Positions 1-7,520 of a stretch of DNA of 32,000 nt are shown here, piece by piece. Every line of letters starts with the position of its first letter. Positions within the stretch are counted from its first letter, which is position 1. Below the pieces are notes generated by a model. That model searched no databases. It had not been told where the DNA came from and saw only the letters and a list, made by a program, of their open reading frames with translations. Origin of the DNA: Candidatus Saccharimonadota bacterium (lineage in GTDB: Bacteria; Patescibacteriota; Saccharimonadia; Saccharimonadales; Saccharimonadaceae); the NCBI GenBank assembly GCA_000503915.1, contig CP006915.1, forward strand, positions 720,001 to 752,000, given 5' to 3'. Position numbers and translations under genes: made by a program.

Positions 1-1372
1 GCTGGATCAGATCATTCGATAGCTTAAAGACCTTTTGTTTGTCACCGACTGTTCCGAGCTTGAGTTGCGGTCGCGCATACCAGACTTCTTCGAGCGGACG
101 GCCATACAGCGGCAGGTCGACATGATGCTTTTTGGCAAGCGCCACGAGCGCTGAGTTGAATTCTTCAAAGCGTTCTAGCGGAACCGAAAAACCCTCGAGG
201 AGCGGTGGTGTTGCCGTATCTTTATCGTCTGGGTTGAGCTGCCACTCAGCTAGTGAAAACATCGCATCGAGGTCACTGACTGTCTCGTCCTCGTCAACAA
301 TAATCTCCGCATCAAACGGCTTGAGCACCTTCTGAATTTTCTTCAATTTTTTATGCTTGGCATGAGTACTGAGGTCGCTGATTGTCATGATCAGCACGGC
401 GCCAACTGCCCCGCTGTCATTTTTCATCGTCTCAAACGTTTCGTAGGTTTTACCGAATGCACTCGCTGCCTCGACATAAGCACCATTCAAGTAGGTGAGG
501 TCTCTGAGTTCAAGCTTTTCGAGCGCATCGATTGCATCACGCGCATGCGCCTCCTCTTTAAATGCAGCCACTACGATTGCCGGCGCTTGGTCAACATATT
601 CAGCCTGCAAGATCATCTCTGAGACGACCGCAAGTGTTCCTTGGCTGCCAGCGAGCAGTGGCGTCAGGTCAAATGATCCGTTTTTTTGCTTGACATTCGC
701 AATCGCTGCAAAGCCAAAATGGTCAAGCGGCTCGTCCTCAGACGCGAGACTGCTTATCAGGGCTTCGTTGTCCTCGATCAGAGCGTCGAGTTTACGATAG
801 ATTTCACCTTCAAAGCTCTGTTCGCCCTTCTTTTTGGTGAGTTCCCGTTTTGACAGGGCTTGAGTCTGCAGAATATCGCCATTGGCCAAAACAACCTCAA
901 CTTGATCAATATATTCGAGCGCGTGCCGACAGTTGGCAACCACGCCCCCAAGTGTTGCCTGGCTCAGTGCACTCCGAAGCCGCGGTATACCCGTCCCGTA
1001 CAGATTGAGGGCATTCTGCAACGTTCCCACGGTGACGCCAGGCTGCAGGCGCACAAGCTTCTGTTTGGCGTCGTATTCAAAGATGGTGTTCATATGGCTC
1101 GGAAAGTTGATGATGATACCGCTACCGATTGCCGCGCCAGTCGTATCATTACCATTACCGCGCGCCGTAACTCCCAACACGTGGCCTTTCTCGGCAAGTT
1201 GCCAGGCAAAGCGAGCGATCTTTCGAATGTCATTGGTACGCCGCACAAAGGCCACCATTTCCGGTGTTAACGTGAGTACACTTCCATCGGTTGCGTACGC
1301 CTTTCGTGTCGCACTATTGGTGACGACCTCACCGACCAAGTGCGTGTTCAGATATTCTGCAATTTTGTTCAT
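1..1372 (-). CDS. FAD-binding oxidoreductase (FAD_binding_4 / GlcD-like), 3' end cut by window edge
   Basis: Absent from the ORF track because it has no stop inside the window. My own translation of the minus strand from ATG 1372..1370 stays open for 457 codons: MNKIAEYLNTHLVGEVVTNSATRKAYATDGSVLTLTPEMVAFVRRTNDIRKIARFAWQLAEKGHVLGVTARGNGNDTTGAAIGSGIIINF...VRLQPGVTVGTLQNAL. This is the layout of FAD-linked oxidase N-terminal domains. SD-like AGGGGAAG lies just upstream. The + strand ORFs at 132-1565 are antisense artefacts. Confidence 0.7.
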   Translation of the reverse strand, partial: MNKIAEYLNTHLVGEVVTNSATRKAYATDGSVLTLTPEMVAFVRRTNDIRKIARFAWQLAEKGHVLGVTARGNGNDTTGAAIGSGIIINFPSHMNTIFEYDAKQKLVRLQPGVTVGTLQNALNLYGTGIPRLRSALSQATLGGVVANCRHALEYIDQVEVVLANGDILQTQALSKRELTKKKGEQSFEGEIYRKLDALIEDNEALISSLASEDEPLDHFGFAAIANVKQKNGSFDLTPLLAGSQGTLAVVSEMILQAEYVDQAPAIVVAAFKEEAHARDAIDALEKLELRDLTYLNGAYVEAASAFGKTYETFETMKNDSGAVGAVLIMTISDLSTHAKHKKLKKIQKVLKPFDAEIIVDEDETVSDLDAMFSLAEWQLNPDDKDTATPPLLEGFSVPLERFEEFNSALVALAKKHHVDLPLYGRPLEEVWYARPQLKLGTVGDKQKVFKLSNDLIQ

Positions 1373-1447
1373 CGACTTCCCCTACTCATTGCCTATATCA
1401 TATCACAAGCGGAATGAAACCGGGCACTTTATCGGGTGCCTGTCATC

Positions 1448-1456
1448 TGGTATAGT
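1448..1456 (+). promoter_or_regulatory. candidate extended -10 promoter (TGgTATAGT) for tRNA-Leu
   Basis: TGGTATAGT at 1448-1456, about 20 nt upstream of the mature tRNA 5' end. Weak -35 TTTATC at 1428-1433 with a 17-nt spacer. Confidence 0.4.
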
Positions 1457-1475
1457 AGACGAGTTACCGTTTTAC

Positions 1476-1560
1476 GCGGATGTGGTGGAATTGGTAGACA
1501 CGCTAGCCTTAGGAGCTAGTGCTTTCGGGCGTGAAGGTTCAAGTCCTTTCATCCGCACCA
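1476..1560 (+). tRNA. tRNA-Leu (anticodon UAG), type II with long variable arm, CCA encoded
   Basis: Acceptor GCGGATG/CATCCGC. D arm GTG-GAATTGGTAGA-CAC. Anticodon arm CTAGC-CTTAGGA-GCTAG (anticodon TAG). Variable arm with TTCG loop. T arm GAAGG-TTCAAGT-CCTTT. Terminal ACCA. Confidence 0.9.
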
Positions 1561-1568
1561 AATAAAAA

Positions 1569-1595
1569 AGAGACCTCCTTGGTCTCTATTTTGTT
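1569..1595. terminator. bidirectional intrinsic terminator (tRNA-Leu on +, 61-aa gene on -)
   Basis: 7-bp stem AGAGACC/GGTCTCT (1569-1575 / 1581-1587) with loop TCCTT. An A-run precedes it (a U-run on the minus strand) and ATTTTGTT follows it. Confidence 0.7.
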
Positions 1596-1608
1596 ACACA
1601 TATGAACC

Positions 1609-1640
1609 GCGCCATACCGCCCCGAAGGGCAGTATGGCGC
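1609..1640 (-). other. 14-bp stem-loop with UUCG tetraloop in the 3' UTR of the 61-aa gene
   Basis: Arms at 1609-1622 and 1627-1640. Read as minus-strand RNA every position pairs (one G-U). Read as plus-strand RNA the same position is a C/A mismatch. The loop reads UUCG on the minus strand. Confidence 0.6.
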
Positions 1641-1659
1641 TAGCGGCCGGCGAGTCTGA

Positions 1660-1845
1660 TCAGTCATCAGAGTCGTGGCCGTGGTGGAAGGAGTGTGGCT
1701 CCGGCGAACGCTTCACCACGAAACCATGATCCTCCCCGTCACCGAACGCTTCACCCGAGAGCTGAGCTCTTTCGTAGCTTGACGCCGATTGGTTGATGTA
1801 CGTGGCCGGGTGTTCGTCCCCGAAAGCCATTTCCGATGCAGCCAT
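1660..1845 (-). CDS. orphan small acidic, His-rich protein (61 aa), unknown function
   Basis: ORF track. AAAGGAG lies 6 nt upstream of the ATG. It has its own consensus promoter and is flanked by terminators. Duplicated motif AFGDEH / AFGDGEDH and C-terminal HSFHHGHDSDD. No family recognised. Confidence 0.6.
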   Translation of the reverse strand: MAASEMAFGDEHPATYINQSASSYERAQLSGEAFGDGEDHGFVVKRSPEPHSFHHGHDSDD

Positions 1846-1892
1846 TGCTGGCTCCTTTCGGTCGGTCGATAGCAGCGTGCCATCGTCTTTCT

Positions 1893-1921
1893 ATTATACT
1901 ACTTATGTTTATATTTGTCAA
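1893..1921 (-). promoter_or_regulatory. sigma70 consensus promoter TTGACA-17-TATAAT for the 61-aa gene
   Basis: Minus strand: TTGACA (1921..1916), 17-nt spacer, TATAAT (1898..1893). About 45 nt upstream of ATG 1845. Confidence 0.75.
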
Positions 1922-1934
1922 TATAGCTCGTATT

Positions 1935-1962
1935 AAACAAAAAGACGCTTCATTAAGCGTCT
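1935..1962 (-). terminator. intrinsic terminator of rsmD, stop codon inside the loop
   Basis: Minus strand AGACGCTT-AATG-AAGCGTCT (8-bp stem, 1943-1962) followed by TTTTGTTT. The rsmD TAA (1953-1955) lies in the loop and stem edge. Confidence 0.7.
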
Positions 1963-2489
1963 CGGCGGTAAAGGGTGAAGTTCAGGTTTCCATAACTACG
2001 ATTGTCCACCACAACAACTCCTGATACGGAAGGAACCTCACCCTTACCTGGATGTGATAATACCATAAGCGCACTAGGTTTGAGTAGTCCTAAGAGTCGT
2101 TTAACTGTGGAAAACTGCGGGTCATAATAGGGCGGATCAGCAAATATCAAATCAAATGGCTCGATATCGGCGGTCGTCAGCCAGTTGCTAACTGTCGTCG
2201 CCACAACTGTTCCGTCTTCTTTAAGTCGGGTCAGATTTTCTTCGATGATACGCGCCGCAACCCGGTCGCGCTCGATAAAGGTCGCCGTACGTGCGCCTCT
2301 GCTCAGCGCCTCTAGCCCCAAGCTGCCGGAACCAGCAAACGCGTCGAGTACTCGTGCCCCTTCGACAGAATTACCGAGAATATTGAATAGTGCATTCCGG
2401 GCCCGCTCGCTCATAGCGTGGGTGCTTTGACGGGTCGGTGCCGCAATCGTGCGTCCACCGTGTTTGCCGGCGATGATACGTACGTTCAT
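1953..2489 (-). CDS. rsmD: 16S rRNA (guanine966-N2)-methyltransferase RsmD
   Basis: 178 aa. Contains VLDAFAGSGSLGLEALSRGA (SAM-binding site) and IFADPPY (DPPY motif). Length and order are typical of RsmD. Confidence 0.85.
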   Translation of the reverse strand: MNVRIIAGKHGGRTIAAPTRQSTHAMSERARNALFNILGNSVEGARVLDAFAGSGSLGLEALSRGARTATFIERDRVAARIIEENLTRLKEDGTVVATTVSNWLTTADIEPFDLIFADPPYYDPQFSTVKRLLGLLKPSALMVLSHPGKGEVPSVSGVVVVDNRSYGNLNFTLYRRDA

Positions 2490-3295
2490 AGTCCGGCTGC
2501 CTCACTGTAGGCGTCGTACCAGGCGAAGGTGACGAGATTGATAATCAATGGAATAAGCGTTCTTCGGGTTTGGCGCGCTAATGTTGCGTTCCAGCCGCTG
2601 GTCCAAAAAGTATGGTACATATCGAGCGCAGCAACTGCCTCGAGCGCATCTTGAAATACCGCTTCCAGGCCTTTTGTACGATTTTCCTCAAGCCAGTCAA
2701 GCGAAGGAGCGTATTCATCAAAACGCATCGTCACAATTGCCGACGCAACACCCCATTCAAACATAAAATGAGTCGACCAAACCCCTTTCGCACCCCAATA
2801 CTGCCAGTTTTTTTGTACTGTATCACGGCGAGTGCTGCCGCGTATAATCATCTTTTCACGCACCGATAAACGTTCTTCGTGTGGCTTACCCCATAGTTCT
2901 TCGATCTTTTCTCCTAGCGGGTAATGATGTGCCGGCGTCAAACCATCTACCAATGCGTGCGCTAGCCATGCCGCTTCAAAGGCTGCCCTGGTCTCATCAC
3001 CGGCGCGAAGTGCTGCGACCAGGTTGTGGCGATGGTTGTGCAGCAATTCAATCAACCCTGTATCGTTTGGATCTGTCGGATTGATATGGTGCCACGGCTC
3101 GTCCCGCCCCGGGCTTTTACGCTTGATACCATCGGGGCCGTTCAACCCTTCAAAATGCAGAATATCACGAATCGACGGGAATAGCGCGTGTGCGGGAAGC
3201 TGCCGAACAAGGTGTCGCCGAGCGACACGGTCTATCCGCTGGTGCGCTCCCATGACGCGACCGGATTTTTTATGGATGATGGTTCCTGAATACAT
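2486..3295 (-). CDS. hypothetical protein with phospholipase C / P1 nuclease-like zinc-ligand motif
   Basis: 269 aa. HALVDGLTPAHH (H-x3-D-x5-H) plus GAHQRID, EPWHHINP and HNHRHN. No signal peptide. ATGA overlap with the rsmD start (2486-2489). Confidence 0.45.
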   Translation of the reverse strand: MYSGTIIHKKSGRVMGAHQRIDRVARRHLVRQLPAHALFPSIRDILHFEGLNGPDGIKRKSPGRDEPWHHINPTDPNDTGLIELLHNHRHNLVAALRAGDETRAAFEAAWLAHALVDGLTPAHHYPLGEKIEELWGKPHEERLSVREKMIIRGSTRRDTVQKNWQYWGAKGVWSTHFMFEWGVASAIVTMRFDEYAPSLDWLEENRTKGLEAVFQDALEAVAALDMYHTFWTSGWNATLARQTRRTLIPLIINLVTFAWYDAYSEAAGL

Positions 3296-3387
3296 AGCGG
3301 CTTCGCCTTATGAGACAAACCAAACGGTTTTTATCATCGCGCCGGGAACGGAATAAATCCATTCATCGGGCTGCTCTTTTCCCTTCA

Positions 3388-5418
3388 TTAATTTAATGTG
3401 GTGATGCGCTGGTATTTTTCTACCCGCTTCATTAACTGCTTGTATTGTACCAAACCTTCGCTACTTTCGATAAACTGGCGAGCTACCTGCTGGGCGCGAG
3501 CGATCAGCTTGGTATCGGCTAAGTTCGCTACCTGCAGATTGAGTGCGCCGTGCTGTGCTCGACCGTAAATTTCACCCGGACCGCGCAGCTTCAGGTCGAC
3601 TTCGGCCAGATAAAAACCGTCTTGTGATTTCTCAATCTCACGCAACCGCTGTGATGGCTTTTTCGTATCACTCATCAGTAAGTAGCAGTGGCTTTGCCAA
3701 GACGAACGACCGACTCGTCCACGTAGCTGATGGAGTTGGCTCAGTCCATACTGATCAGCATCCTCGATCAGGATTACACTGGCATTTGGCACATCGACAC
3801 CGACCTCGACAACTGTCGTACTGACTAAGATATCGAGCTTGCCATCTGAGAATTTTGTCATCACTTCTTCTTTTTCGCTCGGCTTCATACGGCCATGAAG
3901 CAAGCCGATCCGACGATGGCCAAAGACGGAGTTTTGTAATTTCTTGTACTCAGCTGAGACGCTTTTGCTATCATTTTGCGGGTTGTCGTCGATCAAACGG
4001 CAGATCACGTAGGCTTGCCGACCGGCAGCAATTTCCGTATCTATCGCCGCATAAAGTTCTTTTCGGCTGACCGGCGACCAGATTTTCGTACTTATCGGCA
4101 GACGGTTTTTGGGTTTTTGGTTGATAATCGAAATATCGAGCTCGCCGTAGACCGTTAGTGCTAGGCTTCGCGGGATTGGTGTGGCGGTCATAGCGAGGAG
4201 ATGTGGCATATGCGTTGATTTTTTGAGTAGTTCCTGGCGCTGCGCCACGCCAAAGCGGTGTTGTTCGTCGATCACCACAAAACCAAGTTTATGAAACTTT
4301 ACCGTCGGCTGCAGCAAAGCGTGCGTACCCACCAGAACATCAATTGAGCCCTCCTTCAAGGCATCGAGCAATACCGCACGCGCTTTGCCTTTGACACTGC
4401 CGGTTAGCAGTGCAACATTGACACCAAACGGCTCAAGCATACCAGAGAGCGTTTCGGCATGTTGACTGGCAAGGATTTCTGTCGGCGCGAGAATTGCCGT
4501 CTGAAAGCCGTGGCTTACTGCTTGTCTGGCAGCGAGGCCAGCAACCACCGTCTTTCCAGAGCCGACATCGCCCTGTAACAAGCGGTTCATTGGCGTTTCG
4601 CGCTCAAGATCCTGCAATATATCCCACGCAGCGACTTTTTGCGCTGGCGTCAGTTCAAATGGTAACGCGGCGACAAATCTTTTGACCGTGGCTTGTTCAA
4701 ACGGAATTGACCAACCTGATAATTTTGCATTTTCCTGCTTGTTCAGCTGTGCTGCGAGTAGTAGTTCAAACAATTCTTCAAAGCCAAAGCGTTCGCGAGC
4801 GCGCTCCACATCTGCCGCCCGGATCGGAAAATGCATGCCGAGTAACGCTTCACCCAGTGGTGCGAGCTTCTGGGAGGTCACAACTGATACAGGTAACGTG
4901 TCCGGTAGCATCGTCATAAGCGGACGTAGTTCAGCTAAGATTTTTCGCACCAATTGACTCTTAAGACCCTTAACCGCCGGATAAATTGGCAGGATTCGAT
5001 CGGTTTGTACCGGTAGATCACTGACTTTCTCGGCGCTCGGATTTGTCAGCTGGTAACGGTTGTAGCTAAACTCAAATTCGCCGGAAAAATAATATTCACC
5101 ACCGCCTTTTAGCTGCGACTCACGATACGCTTGGTTGAACCAGACGGCATTGAGCTTGCCCGTTTCATCTGCGAGTACTGCAGTCGTCAGTCGTAAGCCA
5201 CGCCGCACAGTCTTTGTACTGATCGATTCACAGCGAGCTTTGATCGTCCGTTTGCCAGGCGAAATATCCGCGATTGATACGACTTCGGAAAAATCCTCAA
5301 ACTTGCGCGGAAAGAAATACAGTAAATCTTCGACTGTTTCTAGACCACTCAAACTAAACTGCTCAGCGGTTTTCTTGCCCACACCTTTGATTGATTCTAG
5401 TTTTGTCAGTATGTTCAC
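3388..5418 (-). CDS. recG: ATP-dependent DNA helicase RecG
   Basis: 676 aa. N-terminal wedge/OB region, Walker A GDVGSGKT, DEQHRFG box, C-terminal helicase motifs. GTG start 8 nt after the upstream stop. Confidence 0.9.
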   Translation of the reverse strand: MNILTKLESIKGVGKKTAEQFSLSGLETVEDLLYFFPRKFEDFSEVVSIADISPGKRTIKARCESISTKTVRRGLRLTTAVLADETGKLNAVWFNQAYRESQLKGGGEYYFSGEFEFSYNRYQLTNPSAEKVSDLPVQTDRILPIYPAVKGLKSQLVRKILAELRPLMTMLPDTLPVSVVTSQKLAPLGEALLGMHFPIRAADVERARERFGFEELFELLLAAQLNKQENAKLSGWSIPFEQATVKRFVAALPFELTPAQKVAAWDILQDLERETPMNRLLQGDVGSGKTVVAGLAARQAVSHGFQTAILAPTEILASQHAETLSGMLEPFGVNVALLTGSVKGKARAVLLDALKEGSIDVLVGTHALLQPTVKFHKLGFVVIDEQHRFGVAQRQELLKKSTHMPHLLAMTATPIPRSLALTVYGELDISIINQKPKNRLPISTKIWSPVSRKELYAAIDTEIAAGRQAYVICRLIDDNPQNDSKSVSAEYKKLQNSVFGHRRIGLLHGRMKPSEKEEVMTKFSDGKLDILVSTTVVEVGVDVPNASVILIEDADQYGLSQLHQLRGRVGRSSWQSHCYLLMSDTKKPSQRLREIEKSQDGFYLAEVDLKLRGPGEIYGRAQHGALNLQVANLADTKLIARAQQVARQFIESSEGLVQYKQLMKRVEKYQRITTLN

Positions 5419-5426
5419 AAACTACA

Positions 5427-6188
5427 TTATGACACGCTCAATATGCCACGAACGACATATGGCGTCGTCTCCCAGCCCTCAACTGCAATTGTATCTATTC
5501 CCATTGCTCGCACAGGGTAGTCATTACCACCCTCCTCGAGTCGATCCCCAATAAATAGAGCGTCTGACTTCTTCATGCCCAACGCATCGAGAAGCTTCTG
5601 CATCCCATAAGCCTTGTCGATCCCTTTGGCCGTAATGTCTACGGTTGTAGTACCTCCATAGCGAACCTCAAAATCAGGTAGCTCCTCTGCAATTGCTTCG
5701 GTGAGACTATAGGCATCTTCTTTATGCCTATTAAACCACTCATACTTTGCTTCAGCTGGTGCTTTTTGTCCAAGCAGTGACATAGAGATTTGACTCAGAC
5801 GATCCTCAATCACCTCACCATATGGATCGGCAGGCCATAGACCAGCTGCTTTGGCGTGACGCTCACATACTTCGGCAATTTTGCTCTTTTGTTCATCGGT
5901 AAAGTCCTCTGCATACTCGAGCCTCCAGTTTGCCGCGTCACCCTGGTACGTGTAGTATCTGGTACCACACGTTGGTAAGATATGCATGTTTCTAAGCTCT
6001 TCGGCAGTCGCCGACCCCAGCGGCTCTATAATGTTGGTCTGAAAGATCTCGTAGCGACTCCCTGAAATAATAGCTACTTGATAGTGCTCAAGTAAACGAG
6101 CTAGTAAATCGCGCATCTCATCTGTTATAGGGTTCTTTGACTTAACTAAGGTATCGTCTACGTCAAATGCTATCAACCTCTTTGTCAT
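5427..6188 (-). CDS. HAD-IIB family hydrolase (phosphomannomutase-like)
   Basis: 253 aa. FDVDDTL (DxDxT motif I), GIDKAYG, and FIGDRLEEGGNDYP (motif IV). AAGGAGG SD upstream. Confidence 0.7.
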   Translation of the reverse strand: MTKRLIAFDVDDTLVKSKNPITDEMRDLLARLLEHYQVAIISGSRYEIFQTNIIEPLGSATAEELRNMHILPTCGTRYYTYQGDAANWRLEYAEDFTDEQKSKIAEVCERHAKAAGLWPADPYGEVIEDRLSQISMSLLGQKAPAEAKYEWFNRHKEDAYSLTEAIAEELPDFEVRYGGTTTVDITAKGIDKAYGMQKLLDALGMKKSDALFIGDRLEEGGNDYPVRAMGIDTIAVEGWETTPYVVRGILSVS

Positions 6189-6205
6189 AATCCTCCTTAT
6201 GCGTA

Positions 6206-7414
6206 CTATTTTATCAGTACGAAGCTATTCTTGCCTTTTTTGAGAAGGCTTGGCGCGCTTAATGGCTGGTCGTCGCGTAGCTTTTCACCGTTTACGGAAA
6301 CCGCTCCGCCGGCGATGAGGCGACGAGCCTCACCATTGCTACTGGCCAGGCCGCTTTCAACTAAAACTTGAGTCGCCTTCATCGTAGAAACGACTGGAAG
6401 TTCACCGGCTAGAATATCGACGATATCTCCACCCATAGCTTCCAGCGAGGATGTACTAAACAAGGCTTCGGTAGCTTTTTCGACTAATACGGCTTGTTTG
6501 TCGCCGTGAACCAATGTAGTAACTTCGTGCGCCAGCTGAGCTTGTAAAGCACGTTTTTCCGGTGCCGATCGATGCTCGGCAATCAGCTTTTCGACCGCTG
6601 CTTTATCGAGCAATGTGTAGATTTTTACTAGATCTTCAGCAGTCTCATCATCGACATTCAACCAGAACTGGTAAAACTTGTACGGACTGGTTCTCTTTGG
6701 GTCAAGCCAGACAGCACCAGCTTCAGTCTTGCCAAATTTCACTCCAGTCTGCTTATTGACGATAAGTGGTGTCGTAAAAACGTGTGCTTCAGCCTGCTCG
6801 AGCCGACGGATCAGTTGCACGCCAGTAATACAATTACCCCACTGGTCGGCACCAGATAGCTGTAATGTTGCGCCTTCCTTGCGGTACAGGTGAAGAAAGT
6901 CATACCCCTGGATCAGTGCGTAACTGAATTCGGCATAGCTAATACCTTCTCCACCTTCGCCAATACGCGCCTTTATAAAATCGCGATCCAGCATCTGCGT
7001 CATCGGTGCATGCTTGCCAACGTCACGGAGGAACTCAAGGTAGTGAATGTCTTTAAACCAGTCGTAGTTGTCGACAATCTTAAATTCCTTACCGGCAAAA
7101 ATGGTTTTATACTGTTCGATGATAGCCGCTTTATTATGCTCAATTTCAGCCTGTGTCAGTAGGTCGCGCTCTTGCTTCTTGCCGTCAGGGTCGCCAATCA
7201 TACCAGTTGCCCCGCCGATTAATAAAATCGCGGTGTGTCCATGGTCTAGGAAATGACGAATCATCATGGCCGGCGCTAAGTTTCCGATATGCATACTATC
7301 AGCACTTGGATCGACGCCCCAGTAAAACGTACGCGGCTCGTTAATATCGGTCAGGTTCGCGAGCGTCGTTTGGTTGACGAAGCCACGCCAGGTTAATTCA
7401 TCAGATAAAGCCAT
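6206..7414 (-). CDS. tyrS: tyrosine--tRNA ligase
   Basis: 402 aa. HIGN (HIGH motif), KFGKT (KMSKS motif), C-terminal S4-like domain. AAGGAGA SD upstream. Confidence 0.9.
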   Translation of the reverse strand: MALSDELTWRGFVNQTTLANLTDINEPRTFYWGVDPSADSMHIGNLAPAMMIRHFLDHGHTAILLIGGATGMIGDPDGKKQERDLLTQAEIEHNKAAIIEQYKTIFAGKEFKIVDNYDWFKDIHYLEFLRDVGKHAPMTQMLDRDFIKARIGEGGEGISYAEFSYALIQGYDFLHLYRKEGATLQLSGADQWGNCITGVQLIRRLEQAEAHVFTTPLIVNKQTGVKFGKTEAGAVWLDPKRTSPYKFYQFWLNVDDETAEDLVKIYTLLDKAAVEKLIAEHRSAPEKRALQAQLAHEVTTLVHGDKQAVLVEKATEALFSTSSLEAMGGDIVDILAGELPVVSTMKATQVLVESGLASSNGEARRLIAGGAVSVNGEKLRDDQPLSAPSLLKKGKNSFVLIK

Positions 7415-7438
7415 TCATTCTCCTTGTCTTCTCATTAA

Positions 7439-7467
7439 AGTATACCGAATCATACGCGGATTTTAAA
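7439..7467 (-). promoter_or_regulatory. candidate tyrS promoter TTTAAA-17-TATACT
   Basis: Minus strand -10 TATACT (7444..7439) and -35 TTTAAA (7467..7462). The leader is only about 24 nt. Confidence 0.5.
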
Positions 7468-7475
7468 AACATTAG

Positions 7476-7484
7476 TGCTATAAT
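7476..7484 (+). promoter_or_regulatory. candidate extended -10 promoter (TGcTATAAT) for the PBP gene
   Basis: TGCTATAAT at 7476-7484, divergent from the tyrS promoter. No good -35. Confidence 0.5.
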
Positions 7485-7520
7485 GAGGGAGAATATTGTT
7501 TATGGGGAAGTGTATAGCTC

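Noticed and set aside
132-1565. Several + strand ORFs (67-210 aa) in the track, including a 210-aa ORF at 933-1565 that runs through the tRNA-Leu gene.
   Set aside because: They are Ser/Ala/Arg-rich, low-complexity and mutually overlapping. They lie antisense to an uninterrupted 457-codon minus-strand frame with clear FAD-oxidase motifs, and the 210-aa ORF would have to read through a bona fide tRNA.
1476-1962. A tRNA-adjacent genomic islet: an orphan gene immediately 3' of tRNA-Leu.
   Set aside because: The segment has no integrase or recombinase, no direct repeat of the tRNA 3' end, and is only about 400 bp. It is better explained as a small native transcription unit.
7415-7520. A possible T-box riboswitch upstream of tyrS, as in Firmicutes.
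   Set aside because: The whole divergent intergenic region is 106 nt, and the predicted tyrS leader is about 24 nt. That is far too short for a T-box (specifier loop, T-box sequence and terminator/antiterminator), and no T-box consensus was seen.
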